This document shows positions 1-10,451 of a stretch of DNA of 53,003 nt, one piece after another. Positions within the stretch are counted from its first letter, which is position 1. Each line of letters starts with the position of its first letter. The notes beneath the pieces were generated by a model that did no database searches, was not told the origin of the DNA, and saw nothing but the letters and a program-made list of their open reading frames with translations. The position numbers were made by a program, and so were the translations under genes. Where the stretch lies: contig JBHJOF010000004.1 of assembly GCA_050330055.1 (NCBI GenBank), positions 1 to 53,003 of the forward strand. The letters run 5' to 3'. The stretch comes from Kiloniellales bacterium (lineage in GTDB: Bacteria > Pseudomonadota > Alphaproteobacteria > Kiloniellales > JAKSDN01).

Positions 1-202
1 CCTGGGCATAGAAGCGCTGGTCGAAGCCGATGGAGGGATTGATGCGCGCCATGACCTCGGCCGGGCCCGCGGCGAAGCGGCCGCCCCACATGACGTTGAC
101 CGCCGATGACGACCGGCCGGCCTCGGGCTTGCCAAGGGCAGGCTCGCCGAGTGGCCGCTTTTCGGCCGCCACGGCATGTCTATCCTTGGGCTTCGTGTTC
201 AT
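1..202 (-). CDS. argH: argininosuccinate lyase, N-terminal fragment running off the window start
   Basis: Hand translation of the minus strand from the ATG at 202 gives [67 protein letters not shown]. The MWGGRF...IN.SI.FD block is the conserved ArgH N-terminus. It is absent from the ORF track because it is truncated. The start could be 202, the GTG at 172, or 91. Confidence 0.7.
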   Translation of the reverse strand, partial: MNTKPKDRHAVAAEKRPLGEPALGKPEAGRSSSAVNVMWGGRFAAGPAEVMARINPSIGFDQRFYAQ

Positions 203-259
203 GCTCAACTGGCGGGGCCCGTATCCGATGCTCCCCCACTTCCGGTGTACAGGGGACTG

Positions 260-892
<633 letters not shown>

Positions 893-910
893 GACTGCGA
901 GGTGCCGCCC

Positions 911-1819
911 CTACCGCGTCGGCACCGGCGTGTCGGTCGAGTAGTCGTAGAAGCCGCGGCCGGCCTTGCGGCCGAGCCAGCCGGCCTCGACGTACTTCAC
1001 CAAAAGCGGGCAGGGCCGATACTTGCTGTCGGCCAGGCCCTCGTAGAGCACGTACATGACGGCGAGGCAGGTATCGAGCCCGATGAAGTCGGCCAGCTCG
1101 AGCGGGCCCATGGGGTGGTTGGCGCCGAGCCGCATGGCCACGTCGATCGATTCGACCGAGCCGACGCCCTCGTAGAGCGTGTAGACCGCCTCGTTGATCA
1201 TCGGCAGCAGGATGCGGTTGACGATGAAGGCCGGGAAGTCCTCGGCCATGGCCGGCGTCTTGCCGAGCTTCACCGCCAGGTCCTTGATGGTCTGGAAGGT
1301 GCCTTCCTCGGTCGCGATGCCGCGGATCAGCTCGACCAGCTTCATCACCGGCACCGGGTTCATGAAGTGCATGCCCATGAAGCGGCCGGGCCGGTCGGTC
1401 ACGGCGGCGAGGCGCGTGATCGAAATCGACGAAGTGTTGGTGCAGACGATGGCCTCGGGCTTCAGCACTGGGCAGAGGCGCTTGAGGATCTCCTTCTTGA
1501 CGCTCTCGTCCTCGGTCGCCGATTCGATCACCACGTCGCAGCCGTCGAACAGCGCCATGTCGGTGCCGGTCGCAACCCGCTTGAGCGCCGCCGACATGTC
1601 GTCGCTGCTGATCTTGCCGCGCGCGACCTGACGCTCCAAGTTCTGCTGCATGACCTGAAGGGAGTGCTCGAGGTGCTCCTGATCGACGTCGGAAAGACGC
1701 ACGTCGAAGCCGGCCAGCGCGCAGACGTGGGCGATGCCGTTGCCCATCTGGCCGGCGCCGATCACGCCGATGCGGCTGATCTCGGGGAGCGTGTTGTGGC
1801 CGCTTGTCGCTGGTGCCAT
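911..1819 (-). CDS. 3-hydroxyacyl/3-hydroxybutyryl-CoA dehydrogenase, NAD-binding
   Basis: The ORF has IGVIGAGQMGNGIAHV (Rossmann GxGxxG) and the C-terminal dimerisation region GPLELADFIGLD, typical of Hbd/PaaH. I chose the ATG at 1819 (MAPATSG) rather than the ORF-track start at 1846. Confidence 0.85.
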   Translation of the reverse strand: MAPATSGHNTLPEISRIGVIGAGQMGNGIAHVCALAGFDVRLSDVDQEHLEHSLQVMQQNLERQVARGKISSDDMSAALKRVATGTDMALFDGCDVVIESATEDESVKKEILKRLCPVLKPEAIVCTNTSSISITRLAAVTDRPGRFMGMHFMNPVPVMKLVELIRGIATEEGTFQTIKDLAVKLGKTPAMAEDFPAFIVNRILLPMINEAVYTLYEGVGSVESIDVAMRLGANHPMGPLELADFIGLDTCLAVMYVLYEGLADSKYRPCPLLVKYVEAGWLGRKAGRGFYDYSTDTPVPTR

Positions 1820-1849
1820 GGGGCCCGTCCGAAGGTGGTTGCGCAACGC

Positions 1850-2788
1850 CTAGAGCGCCTTTTCCAGGTCGGGTATGGCCTGGAACAGATCGGCGACCAG
1901 GCCGTAGTCGGCGACCTGGAAGATCGGCGCCTCCTCGTCCTTGTTGATCGCCACGATGACCTTGGAGTCCTTCATGCCGGCCAGGTGCTGGATCGCGCCG
2001 GAGATGCCGACCGCGATGTAGAGGTCGGGCGCCACCACCTTGCCGGTCTGGCCGACCTGGTAGTCGTTCGGCACGAAGCCGGCGTCGACCGCGGCGCGCG
2101 AGGCGCCGACCGCGGCGCCCAGCTTGTCGGCGACCCGCTCCAGCATGGCGAAGTTCTCGCCGCTCTGCATGCCGCGGCCGCCCGAGATGACGATGCGCGC
2201 GCTGGTCAGCTCCGGGCGCTCGGATTCGGTGAGCGCGGCGCCGACGAAGCTCGAGAGGCCCGACTCGCCGGCCGGCTCGACGCTCTCGACCGCGGCCGTG
2301 CCGCCCTCGGCCGGCGCTAGCTCGAAGGCCGTGGTGCGCACGGTGATGAGCTTGAGCGCGTCGCTCGACTGCACGGTGGCCATGGCGTTGCCGGCATAGA
2401 TCGGACGCACGAAGGTGTCGGGCGATTCGACGCCGCTGATGTCGGAGATCTGCTGCACGTCGAGCAGCGCCGCGGTGCGCGGCATGATGTTCTTGCCCGA
2501 GGTGGTGGCGGCCGCCAGCACGTGGCTGTAGTTCGGCGCCAGCTTGACGATCAGCGGCGCCACGTCCTCGGCGATGCGATGCTCGTAGGCCGGCGCCTCG
2601 GCCAGCAGCACCTTGGCGATGCCGGCGATCCTGGCGGCTTCCTCGGCCGCGGGCTTGCAGCCCTGACCGGCCACAAGAATATGAATCTCGCCGCCCGCCC
2701 CGGCAATCGCCTGGGCCGCAGTGACGGTGTGCAGGGTGGCGGGCCGGAGGCTCGCGTTCTCGTGCTCGGCGACGACCAGGACAGCCAT
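1850..2788 (-). CDS. etfA: electron transfer flavoprotein alpha subunit
   Basis: The C-terminal 312 aa of ORF 1850..3739, starting [20 protein letters not shown] and containing [19 protein letters not shown] (EtfA FAD motif). The ATG at 2786-2788 overlaps the etfB stop at 2788-2790. Confidence 0.9.
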   Translation of the reverse strand: MAVLVVAEHENASLRPATLHTVTAAQAIAGAGGEIHILVAGQGCKPAAEEAARIAGIAKVLLAEAPAYEHRIAEDVAPLIVKLAPNYSHVLAAATTSGKNIMPRTAALLDVQQISDISGVESPDTFVRPIYAGNAMATVQSSDALKLITVRTTAFELAPAEGGTAAVESVEPAGESGLSSFVGAALTESERPELTSARIVISGGRGMQSGENFAMLERVADKLGAAVGASRAAVDAGFVPNDYQVGQTGKVVAPDLYIAVGISGAIQHLAGMKDSKVIVAINKDEEAPIFQVADYGLVADLFQAIPDLEKAL

Positions 2789-3540
2789 CAGATCACCTTC
2801 GCTTCGTTCTTCAGCTTGTCGACCAGCTCGGCCACGCTCGCCACCTTGACGCCGGCCTTGCGCGCCGGCGGCTCGACCACCTTCAGCACCTTGAGGCGCG
2901 GCGTGACGTCGACGCCCAGGTCGGCCGGGGTCAGGGTCTCGATCGGCTTCTTCTTGGCCTTCATGATGTTGGGCAGCGAGGCGTAGCGCGGCTCGTTGAG
3001 GCGCAGGTCGACGGTCACGATGCAGGGCATCTTGAGCGCCATGGTCTCGAGCCCGCCGTCGACTTCGCGGGTCACGGTCAGGGTGCCGTCGGCCGGCTTC
3101 TCGATCTTGGAGACGAAGGTGCCCTGGGCCCAGCCGAGCAGGCCGGCCAGCATCTGGCCGGTCTGGTTGTTGTCGCCGTCGATCGCCTGCTTGCCCATGA
3201 GGACCATGCCGGGCTGCTCTTTGTCGACCAGCGCCTTCAGCAGCTTGGCGACGCCGAGCGGCTGCACCTCCTCGTCGCTCTGCACCAGGATGCCGCGGTC
3301 GGCGCCCATGGCGAGCGCGGTGCGGATGGTCTCCTGCGACGACTGGGCGCCGACGGAAACCGCGACGATCTCGCTCGCCGTGCCGGCTTCCTTCATGCGC
3401 ACCGCTTCCTCGACCGCGATCTCGCAGAAGGGATTCATCGCCATCTTGACGTTGGTCAGCTCGACGCCGCTCTGGTCCGCCTTGACGCGCACCTTGACGT
3501 TGGCGTCGATGACGCGCTTGACCGGTATGAGAATCTTCAT
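2788..3540 (-). CDS. etfB: electron transfer flavoprotein beta subunit
   Basis: The protein starts [20 protein letters not shown], the canonical EtfB N-terminus, from the ATG at 3540 inside ORF 2788..3600. Confidence 0.9.
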   Translation of the reverse strand: MKILIPVKRVIDANVKVRVKADQSGVELTNVKMAMNPFCEIAVEEAVRMKEAGTASEIVAVSVGAQSSQETIRTALAMGADRGILVQSDEEVQPLGVAKLLKALVDKEQPGMVLMGKQAIDGDNNQTGQMLAGLLGWAQGTFVSKIEKPADGTLTVTREVDGGLETMALKMPCIVTVDLRLNEPRYASLPNIMKAKKKPIETLTPADLGVDVTPRLKVLKVVEPPARKAGVKVASVAELVDKLKNEAKVI

Positions 3541-3744
3541 CGCCGTCCCAGTTTTCATTGAGGCCGCGAACGCCCCCCGGCGCCCGCTGCGGATTTGCAA
3601 GCGCCGGGTTTGCCAAGGTCAGTTTGGCACGGCCCAGCTCTGCCAAGACACGTCGCCCGGCAGGCGCCGGGCTATTTCGCGGGTGCACAATAGGTGCAGG
3701 GAAATGGGCTGTCAACGCTCTGTAACCCGCCAAAACCAAGGCTT

Positions 3745-4308
3745 TCAGCGGTTGGCGCCGGGCCTCCAGAGGACGTCCTTGGCGCCCTTTTCGTTGGCCT
3801 GGCGGGCCAGCACGAAGAGCAGGTCGGAGAGCCGGTTGAGATAGCGCAGAGCCTCCTGGTTGACCGGCTCGTCCTGCATCAGGCGGGTCACGTCGCGCTC
3901 GGCCCGGCGGGCCACGGTGCGGGCCAGGTGCAGCATGGCGGCGAGCGCCGTGCCGCCCGGCAGCACGAAGCTCTCGAGCGGCGCCAGCTCGGCGTTGGCG
4001 CGGTCGATCTCGCTCTCCAGGCGCTGGACCTGGGCGGCCGTCACCCTGAGCGGCGGGTGCGGCGGATTCTCGCGCTCGGGCGTCGCCAGGTCGGCGCCGA
4101 GGTCGAAGAGGTCGTTCTGGACGCGGCCGAGCAGCGCGTCGAGCTCGCCTGTCGCGTGCAGGCGGGCCAGGCCGATGCAGGCATTGGCTTCATCGACCGT
4201 GCCATAGGCGGCGACCCTCAGGTCGTGCTTGGCAACTCGCCGCCCGTCGCCGAGCGAGGTCTCGCCTTTGTCGCCGCCGCGCGTATAGATGCGGGTCAGG
4301 CGAACCAA
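3745..4308 (-). CDS. PduO-type ATP:cob(I)alamin adenosyltransferase
   Basis: MVRLTRIYTRGGDKGETSLGDG...VDEANA is the PduO/MMAB-family N-terminus, and the 187-aa length fits. Confidence 0.85.
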   Translation of the reverse strand: MVRLTRIYTRGGDKGETSLGDGRRVAKHDLRVAAYGTVDEANACIGLARLHATGELDALLGRVQNDLFDLGADLATPERENPPHPPLRVTAAQVQRLESEIDRANAELAPLESFVLPGGTALAAMLHLARTVARRAERDVTRLMQDEPVNQEALRYLNRLSDLLFVLARQANEKGAKDVLWRPGANR

Positions 4309-4327
4309 GCCGGGCCCCCGCGGACGC

Positions 4328-4525
4328 CTAGGCCTGGGACAGCAGCATGGCGATGGCGAATATCACGATCGCCGTGAGCTGCGCCGCGACCCGCAAGCGC
4401 ATCAGCCTGTTGCCGTATTTGCGATTGAAGTCCCCGCCGCGCGCCATGGAGAACAAACCGGCGAAGAGCACGCCCAGCGTGGTCAGCAGGGCGATGATCA
4501 GCAGGACCGTGGCAAACTGGTGCAT
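4328..4525 (-). CDS. twin transmembrane helix small protein (HIG1-like)
   Basis: 65 aa with two hydrophobic helices flanking ARGGDFNRKYGNRLMRLRV, resembling the alphaproteobacterial HIG1-type small protein family. Confidence 0.6.
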   Translation of the reverse strand: MHQFATVLLIIALLTTLGVLFAGLFSMARGGDFNRKYGNRLMRLRVAAQLTAIVIFAIAMLLSQA

Positions 4526-4592
4526 GCCTTGATATAGCGCCGCCCGGCTTCCGCTACCAGCCGGAAGTGCCTACCCTCCAGCGAGTGCGAGG

Positions 4593-4982
4593 TCAGGGGC
4601 AGAGCGCCGAGCCTGGGACCGCCGTCGCCAGGTAGGCGATCAGGTCGGCGCGCTGCTGCGCGTCCTTGACGCCGTCATAGCCCATCGTGGTACCCGGCAC
4701 CAGGGCGCGCGGATCGGCGATAAAGGCATCGAGTGCCGCCCTGTCCCAGACGATGCCCGAGTCCCGCAGCGCCGGTGAATAGGCGAATCCGGCGACGCTG
4801 CCTGCCCTGCGGCCGAGCAGGCCGCAGTGCTTTGGCCCGGTGCGGTTGCGCGCCAGCGAGTGACAGGCTTGGCAGCGCTCGTAGACCACTGCGCCGCGCG
4901 CCGCATCGCCATCCGCCGCAGACGACGGCCAGGCGAGTACCAGGAACCCAAGCAGGACCGAGAGCAGTCGCATATTCGGCAA
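4593..4982 (-). CDS. class I c-type cytochrome, secreted
   Basis: Signal peptide LLSVLLGFLVLAWPSSAA, haem motif CQACH, and a distal Met region TTMGY. Confidence 0.75.
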   Translation of the reverse strand: MPNMRLLSVLLGFLVLAWPSSAADGDAARGAVVYERCQACHSLARNRTGPKHCGLLGRRAGSVAGFAYSPALRDSGIVWDRAALDAFIADPRALVPGTTMGYDGVKDAQQRADLIAYLATAVPGSALCP

Positions 4983-5084
4983 ACCGCGAGCAGGGGTCGG
5001 GGTAAAGGGAAGGCCGTGCCCCGCCGGTGGGCATGCCGCCGGCGGGGCACCGCGTTCGCGCCCAGGTCTTTGGGGGATCAGCGA

Positions 5085-5687
5085 TCAGGACACGAACGCG
5101 CTCGGCACCGGGTCCTCGCCCAGCACGCTGCGCAGCACGGCCCAGTGCATGGCCTCGTCGCCCAGGATGCTGGCGGCCGCCTTGGCCAGCGCGCGATCCT
5201 CGAACAACGGCACCGCGCCGAGGTAGGCGCTGACCGCGCCCTTCTCCAGCCCGGCGGCGAAACGCAGCACGTCCTCCTGGGTCTTCAGGCTTTCGACCGG
5301 GAAGTCGTACATGGATTTCGGCTCGACGGCGGTGCCGCCGAGCTGGCGCACGGTGTCGGCCAAGAGGTCGGCGTGCTCCTTGTGGTGGCCCTGGAACTGC
5401 ACCGCGACCTTCAGCACGTCGCTCTGCAGCAGCCCGCTCTCGGCGCCCACCTGGTAAGCGGCGATCGCTTCCAGCTCAGCGCCGAGAGCGGTGTTGAGAA
5501 TGCTGAGGTCGCCCTGGGCGGCGGCATCGGCAAGCTTGCTGAAGCCGCTGCCGCCGGCGCCGGCGAGCAGCATGACCGTGCCCGCGGACAAGCTGGCCTG
5601 GCCGGCGCGCGCGAAGAACGAGCGGCGCGGCAGCAGAAGCTCCGCCGTCTGTTGGCGGAATGCTGACTTGATGTTGCGGTCCGACAT
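5085..5687 (-). CDS. Tat-exported ferritin-like domain protein
   Basis: The ATG at 5687 (MSDRNIK) is followed by the twin-arginine motif PRRSFFARAG. Paired E/H helices (LGAELEAIAAY, GHHKEHADLL, GLEKGAVSAY, GDEAMHWAVL) are typical of the ferritin-like superfamily. Confidence 0.65.
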   Translation of the reverse strand: MSDRNIKSAFRQQTAELLLPRRSFFARAGQASLSAGTVMLLAGAGGSGFSKLADAAAQGDLSILNTALGAELEAIAAYQVGAESGLLQSDVLKVAVQFQGHHKEHADLLADTVRQLGGTAVEPKSMYDFPVESLKTQEDVLRFAAGLEKGAVSAYLGAVPLFEDRALAKAAASILGDEAMHWAVLRSVLGEDPVPSAFVS

Positions 5688-5829
5688 GGCGATCTCTCCT
5701 GGTTCGTGGTTCTGCTGGTCGTCCTGGGCAGCGCACAAAGCCTGCCCCTTGCCAGGTGGCGCCCTGCCACCTCGCCGCTTGCCGGCGTCCGCCGGACGCC
5801 GCGCGTTTCCGGAATCTTTTGTCGGCGCT

Positions 5830-6594
5830 TTAGCCGCTCGGCCGCTCTGGCAGTCCGCTGCTGGTCAGCCCGCTGCGCCGCAGTGCGCCGGCCACGATGC
5901 GGTCGCAGCGCGCGCCGGCGAAGGGGAAAGTATCGAGCAGCGCCGTCGCCACCTCGTCACTCAGCAGGCGGCGCAGCGCGCGTCTGGCGCGATGGAAGCG
6001 CGTCTTGACCGTCTCCTGCGGGATGCCGAGGCAGAGTGCCGTCTCGGCAACGCTGAACTCCTCGACGGCGCGCAGCACGAAGACCGCACGCTGCGCCTGC
6101 GGCAGCGCGTCGATCGCCTGCTCCAGCAGCCGCCGGATCTCGTCGCGCGCTGCGCGCGATTCCGGATCGGCGTACGCCGGGCGCGCCGCCAGGCCGAGCG
6201 GCAGAACCTGATCGTCCGTCATTCTTGACTCCGCCAGGTCGTCGAGCGGGCCATCCAGGCCACGGGCCGGCATCCGGCGGCGCAGCCGGCCGAGCGATTC
6301 GTTGACGGCAATGCGCACCAGCCAGGTCGAAAGGCGGGACGACTGCGCGAAGCGGCCGAGGTGGGCGTAGGCCCTGACGTAGGTCTCCTGCACCACGTCC
6401 TCGGCTTCGCTATCGTCCTTCAGGATGCTGCGCGCGGTGCGGAACAGCAGCCGGTTGTTGCTCCGCATGATGACCTCGAATGCGGCCCCGTCGCCGTCGC
6501 GTGCGGCGGCGATCAGCTCCGCCTCGCTCCAGCTCGCCACTGGAACCGCGCTCCGCTGCAGGCGGTCCGGCCGGTCGTGCGTTAGGACGTTCAT
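5830..6594 (-). CDS. ECF-type RNA polymerase sigma-70 family factor with a C-terminal extension
   Basis: Region 2 (DVVQETYVRAYAHLGRF, STWLVRIAVNE) and region 4 (LPQAQRAVFVLRAVEEFSVAETALCLGIPQETVKTRFHRARRALR) are present. About 50 further residues follow (DTFPFAGARCDRIVAGAL...). Confidence 0.85.
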   Translation of the reverse strand: MNVLTHDRPDRLQRSAVPVASWSEAELIAAARDGDGAAFEVIMRSNNRLLFRTARSILKDDSEAEDVVQETYVRAYAHLGRFAQSSRLSTWLVRIAVNESLGRLRRRMPARGLDGPLDDLAESRMTDDQVLPLGLAARPAYADPESRAARDEIRRLLEQAIDALPQAQRAVFVLRAVEEFSVAETALCLGIPQETVKTRFHRARRALRRLLSDEVATALLDTFPFAGARCDRIVAGALRRSGLTSSGLPERPSG

Positions 6595-6795
6595 GGCCCC
6601 TCGTTCATAGCCCAGATACCCATCATGATCATTAGATGGCGATCGGCCGGAAAGGTTCCCATGCTGCGCGGCCTTTTTTGCGCCGCGGCCCGCAGGGCTG
6701 GCCCTGTCCGGCCAAAGCCGCTAGACATCGCCCCCCTGGAGAAAAGAGGGGCGCGCGGCCCAGCCGGCCGCGCGATCCCGGCAAAACGGAGAGCG

Positions 6796-8214
6796 ATGCC
6801 GGATTTCACGACATTCGGGGGACGCGTTCTGCTGCTCGGCTTCGGCACCGTGGGCAAGCCGGCGCTTGCCCTGCTGTTCGAGATGCTGGGACTGCCGCCG
6901 GAGCGGGTCACCCTGCTCGATCAGGTCGAGAGCCGCCACGACCTGCCGCCGGGCGCCGATGCGGTCACCTGCTGCACCGCGCAGATCACGCCCGGCAACC
7001 TGGCCGAGGTGATCGGCGCCTTCGTCGGGCCCGGCGACTTGCTGCTCAACCTCTCGGTCGGCGTCTGCTCGATCGCGCTCTCGGACTGGTGCCAGGGCAA
7101 CGGCGTGCTCTACGTCGACACCGCGCTCGAGCCCTGGGAGGAGATCCTGAGCGACCCGCGCGTGCTGGCCCCGGAGGCGCGCACCGAGTACGCCCTCCAT
7201 GAGAAGGCACGCAGGCAAGGCGACGGCTGGCAGCCGGGCGGACCGACCGCGGTCTTCACCCACGGCGCCAACCCCGGGCTGGTCAGCCACTTCGCCAAGG
7301 CGGCGCTGCTCGAGGTGGCGGAAGCCATGGGACTGGAGGCCGCCGTGCCGGCGTCGCGCGGCGACTGGGCGCGGCTGGCGCGGGCGACCGGCACCAAGGT
7401 GATCCACATCAGCGAGCGCGACACGCAGGTCTCCAGCCTGCCGCGGCAGCCCGGCGAGTTCGTCAACACCTGGTCGATCCCCGGCTTCGTCGAGGAGGCC
7501 ATGATGCCGATCGAGCTCGGCTGGGGCACACATGAGAAGCACCTGCCCGACGGCGCCCGCCGCCACGCCGAGGGGCCGAACAACACGATCTACCTGCCGC
7601 GCGCGGCGGCCGGCTTCCTGCTGCGCTCCTGGGTGCCGCTCGGCGGACGCATCGCCGGCATCGCCCTGCCGCACAGCGAGTCGATCACCATCAGCCAGTT
7701 CCTGACCCTGCACGAAGGCGGCGTGCCGGTCTATCGGCCGACCGTGGCCTTCGTCTACCTGCCCTGCGACGCGGCGCTGGCCAGCCTGCACGAGACCCTG
7801 ATGCGCGACTGGGAGATCCCACAGGCGCAGCGCATCATGAACGACGACATCACGGCCGGCATGGACGAGCTCGGCGTACTGCTGCTCGGCCACGGCCTGA
7901 ACGGCTGGTGGTACGGCTCGCAGCTCGACATCGCGGAGGCGCGCCGCCTGGTGCCGGGCAGCAACCCGACGGCGATCCAGGTGGCGGCCGGCGCCGTGGC
8001 CGCCGCCGCCTGGGCCATGGCCAATCCGGCGCGCGGCTACTGCGAGCCCGAGGACCTGCCGCACGAGCAGATCCTGCGCCTGGCGCGGCCCTGGCTCGGC
8101 AGCATCGCCAGCCTGCCGACCGACTGGACCCCGCTCGAGACCAACTTCGGCCTGTTCGACGAGCCCTGGCGCGACCCCGACGACCCCTGGCAGTTCGCGA
8201 ATTTCCTGCCCTAA
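6796..8214 (+). CDS. hss: homospermidine synthase-like (saccharopine dehydrogenase NAD-binding fold)
   Basis: From the ATG at 6796 (MPDFTTFGGRVLLLGFGTVGK, Rossmann). HGANPGLVSHFAK and ISERDTQ resemble bacterial homospermidine synthase as I recall it. The 472-aa length fits. Confidence 0.7.
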   Translation: MPDFTTFGGRVLLLGFGTVGKPALALLFEMLGLPPERVTLLDQVESRHDLPPGADAVTCCTAQITPGNLAEVIGAFVGPGDLLLNLSVGVCSIALSDWCQGNGVLYVDTALEPWEEILSDPRVLAPEARTEYALHEKARRQGDGWQPGGPTAVFTHGANPGLVSHFAKAALLEVAEAMGLEAAVPASRGDWARLARATGTKVIHISERDTQVSSLPRQPGEFVNTWSIPGFVEEAMMPIELGWGTHEKHLPDGARRHAEGPNNTIYLPRAAAGFLLRSWVPLGGRIAGIALPHSESITISQFLTLHEGGVPVYRPTVAFVYLPCDAALASLHETLMRDWEIPQAQRIMNDDITAGMDELGVLLLGHGLNGWWYGSQLDIAEARRLVPGSNPTAIQVAAGAVAAAAWAMANPARGYCEPEDLPHEQILRLARPWLGSIASLPTDWTPLETNFGLFDEPWRDPDDPWQFANFLP

Positions 8215-8220
8215 GTCTCT

Positions 8221-8329
8221 TCTGCGAAGCGTGCGCTCGTCCTTCGACAGGCTCAGGACGAGGGTGCTTGCGTGCGATCTTTGCCTCATCCTGAGCCTGT
8301 CGAAGGATGAGCGCTCCGACCTTCGCAGA
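8221..8329. repeat. MITE/REP-like imperfect inverted repeat (family A, core tccttcgacaggctcagga)
   Basis: The arms at 8221-8264 and 8285-8329 are imperfect reverse complements. The core is shared with 29456-29537. The spurious ORFs crossing it translate to LSLSKDE / SFDRLRT. Confidence 0.65.
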
Positions 8330-8347
8330 CCGAGCGCAGCGGCGCGT

Positions 8348-8548
8348 TCAGCGATTGAGGAACCAGAGGATCGCCGACAGCACCACGCTGATCACCAGCG
8401 AGGTGCCGATCGGCAGATAGAGGCGGAAGCCCTCGCGCTCGATCACGATGTCGCCCGGCAGCCGTCCGAGGCCGAGTTTCTGGAAAAGCGGCCAGAGCAG
8501 GCCAGCGGCGACCAGCACGATCCCCAGGATGATCAGGAAGCGGGACAT
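8348..8548 (-). CDS. DUF2905-like small membrane protein
   Basis: MSRFLIILGIVLVAAGLLWP...LGRLPGDIVIEREGFRLYLPIGTSLVISVVLS matches the DUF2905 pattern from memory. The ATG is at 8548. Confidence 0.6.
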   Translation of the reverse strand: MSRFLIILGIVLVAAGLLWPLFQKLGLGRLPGDIVIEREGFRLYLPIGTSLVISVVLSAILWFLNR

Positions 8549-8569
8549 GGAACCCAAATTTTGGTGCGC

Positions 8570-10270
8570 CTAGTTCCGCCCGCTGAGCAGCCCCCTTGCG
8601 ATCACCTGGGCCTGGATCTCGGCGGCGCCTTCGAAAATGTTGAGGATGCGGGCGTCGCACAGCACGCGGCTGATCTTGTACTCCTGGGCGTAGCCGTTGC
8701 CGCCGTGCACCTGCAGCGCGTTGTCGGCGTTGGCCCAGGCGACGCGGGCGGCCAGCAGCTTGGCCATGCCGGCCTCGATGTCGCAGCGCCGGTCGGAGTC
8801 CTTCTCGCGCGCGGCGAAGTAGGAAAGCTGGCGCGCCACCATGGTCTCGACCGCCATCCAGGCGAGCTTGCCGCCGACGCGCGGGAACTGCACGATCGGT
8901 TTGCCGAACTGCACGCGCTCGAAGGCGTAGCGCAGGCCGAGCTCGAGCGCCGACTGGGCGACGCCCACGGCGCGCGCCGCGGTCTGCACGCGGGCCGACT
9001 CGAAGGTCGCCATGAGCTGCTTGAAGCCCTCGCCCTCGATGCCGCCCAGCAGGTTCTCGGCCTCGACCTCGAAGTTGTCGAAGGCTAGCTCGTACTCCTT
9101 CATGCCGCGGTAGCCGAGCACCGGGATCTCACCGCCGCTCATGCCCGTTGCCGGGAAAGGGTTCTCATCGGTACCGCGCGGCTTCTCAGCCAGGAACATG
9201 GAGAGGCCCTTGTAGCCGCCCTCGTTCGGGTCGGTGCGGGCGAGCAACGTCATGACGTCGCTGCGCGCGGCGTGGGTGATCCAGGTCTTGTTGCCGGTGA
9301 TGCGGTAGACCTCGCCATCACGCACCGCGCGGGTCTTGAGCGCGCCCAGGTCGGAGCCTGTGCCAGGCTCGGTGAAGACCGCGGTCGGCAGGATCGCGCC
9401 CGCGGCGATGCCGGGCAGCCAGCGCTGCTTCTGCTCCTCCGTGCCACCGAGGCGGATCAGCTCGGCGGCGATCTCCGAGCGGGTGCCGAGCGAGCCCAAG
9501 CCGATGTAGCCGCGCGACAGCTCCTCGGTCACCACGCACATGGCAGTCTTGCCCATGCCGAGGCCGCCCCAGTCCTCCGGCACGGTGAGGCCGAAGACGC
9601 CGAGCTCGGCCAGCTGCTCGATCACCTCGATCGGGATCAACTCGTCCTTGAGGTGCCAGTCGTGCGCCGTCTCCCTGTGGTCCTCGGCGATTTTGCGGAA
9701 CTGCTCGCGCACCAGGTCCAGCGTCTCGTCGCCCAGCGCCGGGTCGCCAAAGTCGCCCGAGTCCAGGCCCTCGGCCAAAAGCGCCGCGATGCACTGGCGC
9801 ACCGCCGCCGTGTTGCCGCCGGCGATCAGCGCTTCGACCGCCGGCGTAGCAAAGGCCTGCACCGCCTCGGGCGGCAGGCCGAGGTCGGCCGGACGCACGA
9901 TCTCGCCCTGGCTGAGCGCGATGCCGCCGCGCAGCTGCGACAGGTACTCGCCGAAGGCGGCCTGCAGCAGCAGTCGCTCCAGCTCGCGCAGACGCCCGGC
10001 CTGATCGAGCCGCTCGGCCCAATGCAGTATTTCGCGCAGCGCCGTCACGTAGGTGGCGAGCCAGGCCAGGCCGTGCGCCGCGAACTGCTCCTGGTCCAAC
10101 AGCGCCGCGTCGGGCTGCCCGCCCGGCGCCACTAGCGCCCCCACCGCGCGCCGCGCCATGGCCTGAAAGCTCTCCGCCGTCTTCAGCGCGTCGGCGCAGC
10201 TCGGCAGCAGGTCGGGCACGACCAGAGTCGTTCCGGCGGAAGATTTATCAGCGACGGCGGTTTCAACCAT
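8570..10270 (-). CDS. mcd: acyl-CoA dehydrogenase with a long N-terminal extension; probable (2S)-methylsuccinyl-CoA dehydrogenase
   Basis: 566 aa. The C-terminal ACAD core has FEGAAEIQAQVIAR (catalytic Glu present), preceded by an extension of about 170 aa. Its position next to ccr and ecm is the EMC pathway context. Confidence 0.7.
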   Translation of the reverse strand: MVETAVADKSSAGTTLVVPDLLPSCADALKTAESFQAMARRAVGALVAPGGQPDAALLDQEQFAAHGLAWLATYVTALREILHWAERLDQAGRLRELERLLLQAAFGEYLSQLRGGIALSQGEIVRPADLGLPPEAVQAFATPAVEALIAGGNTAAVRQCIAALLAEGLDSGDFGDPALGDETLDLVREQFRKIAEDHRETAHDWHLKDELIPIEVIEQLAELGVFGLTVPEDWGGLGMGKTAMCVVTEELSRGYIGLGSLGTRSEIAAELIRLGGTEEQKQRWLPGIAAGAILPTAVFTEPGTGSDLGALKTRAVRDGEVYRITGNKTWITHAARSDVMTLLARTDPNEGGYKGLSMFLAEKPRGTDENPFPATGMSGGEIPVLGYRGMKEYELAFDNFEVEAENLLGGIEGEGFKQLMATFESARVQTAARAVGVAQSALELGLRYAFERVQFGKPIVQFPRVGGKLAWMAVETMVARQLSYFAAREKDSDRRCDIEAGMAKLLAARVAWANADNALQVHGGNGYAQEYKISRVLCDARILNIFEGAAEIQAQVIARGLLSGRN

Positions 10271-10323
10271 ACCTGCTTGCTCTCAAAGCCGGACTACCGA
10301 CTCTTCACACAACACCAAGAGTT

Positions 10324-10436
10324 TTTGACACGGATGAACACAGATGAACACAAACTTGAAGCCACCCGATTGCCTAGATGGTCGCCATCTAGATGCCGGC
10401 CGCTATTCGTGTTTATCCGTGTTCATCTGTGTCAAA
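10324..10436. repeat. nested palindromic MITE/REP-like element (family B, gatgaacac units)
   Basis: The outer arms are tttgacacggatgaacacagatgaacac (10324-10351) and gtgtttatccgtgttcatctgtgtcaaa (10409-10436). The inner perfect palindrome is ctagatggtcgccatctag (10374-10392). Confidence 0.65.
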
Positions 10437-10451
10437 TAATCCTCCTTTGTT

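Noticed and set aside
1850-3739. 629-aa ORF that would make a giant EtfA fusion protein
   Set aside because: Only the C-terminal 312 aa (from MAVLVVAEH at 2788) look like EtfA. The N-terminal half is Arg/Gly/Pro-rich junk produced by reading the etfB region in another frame, as is typical in high-GC DNA.
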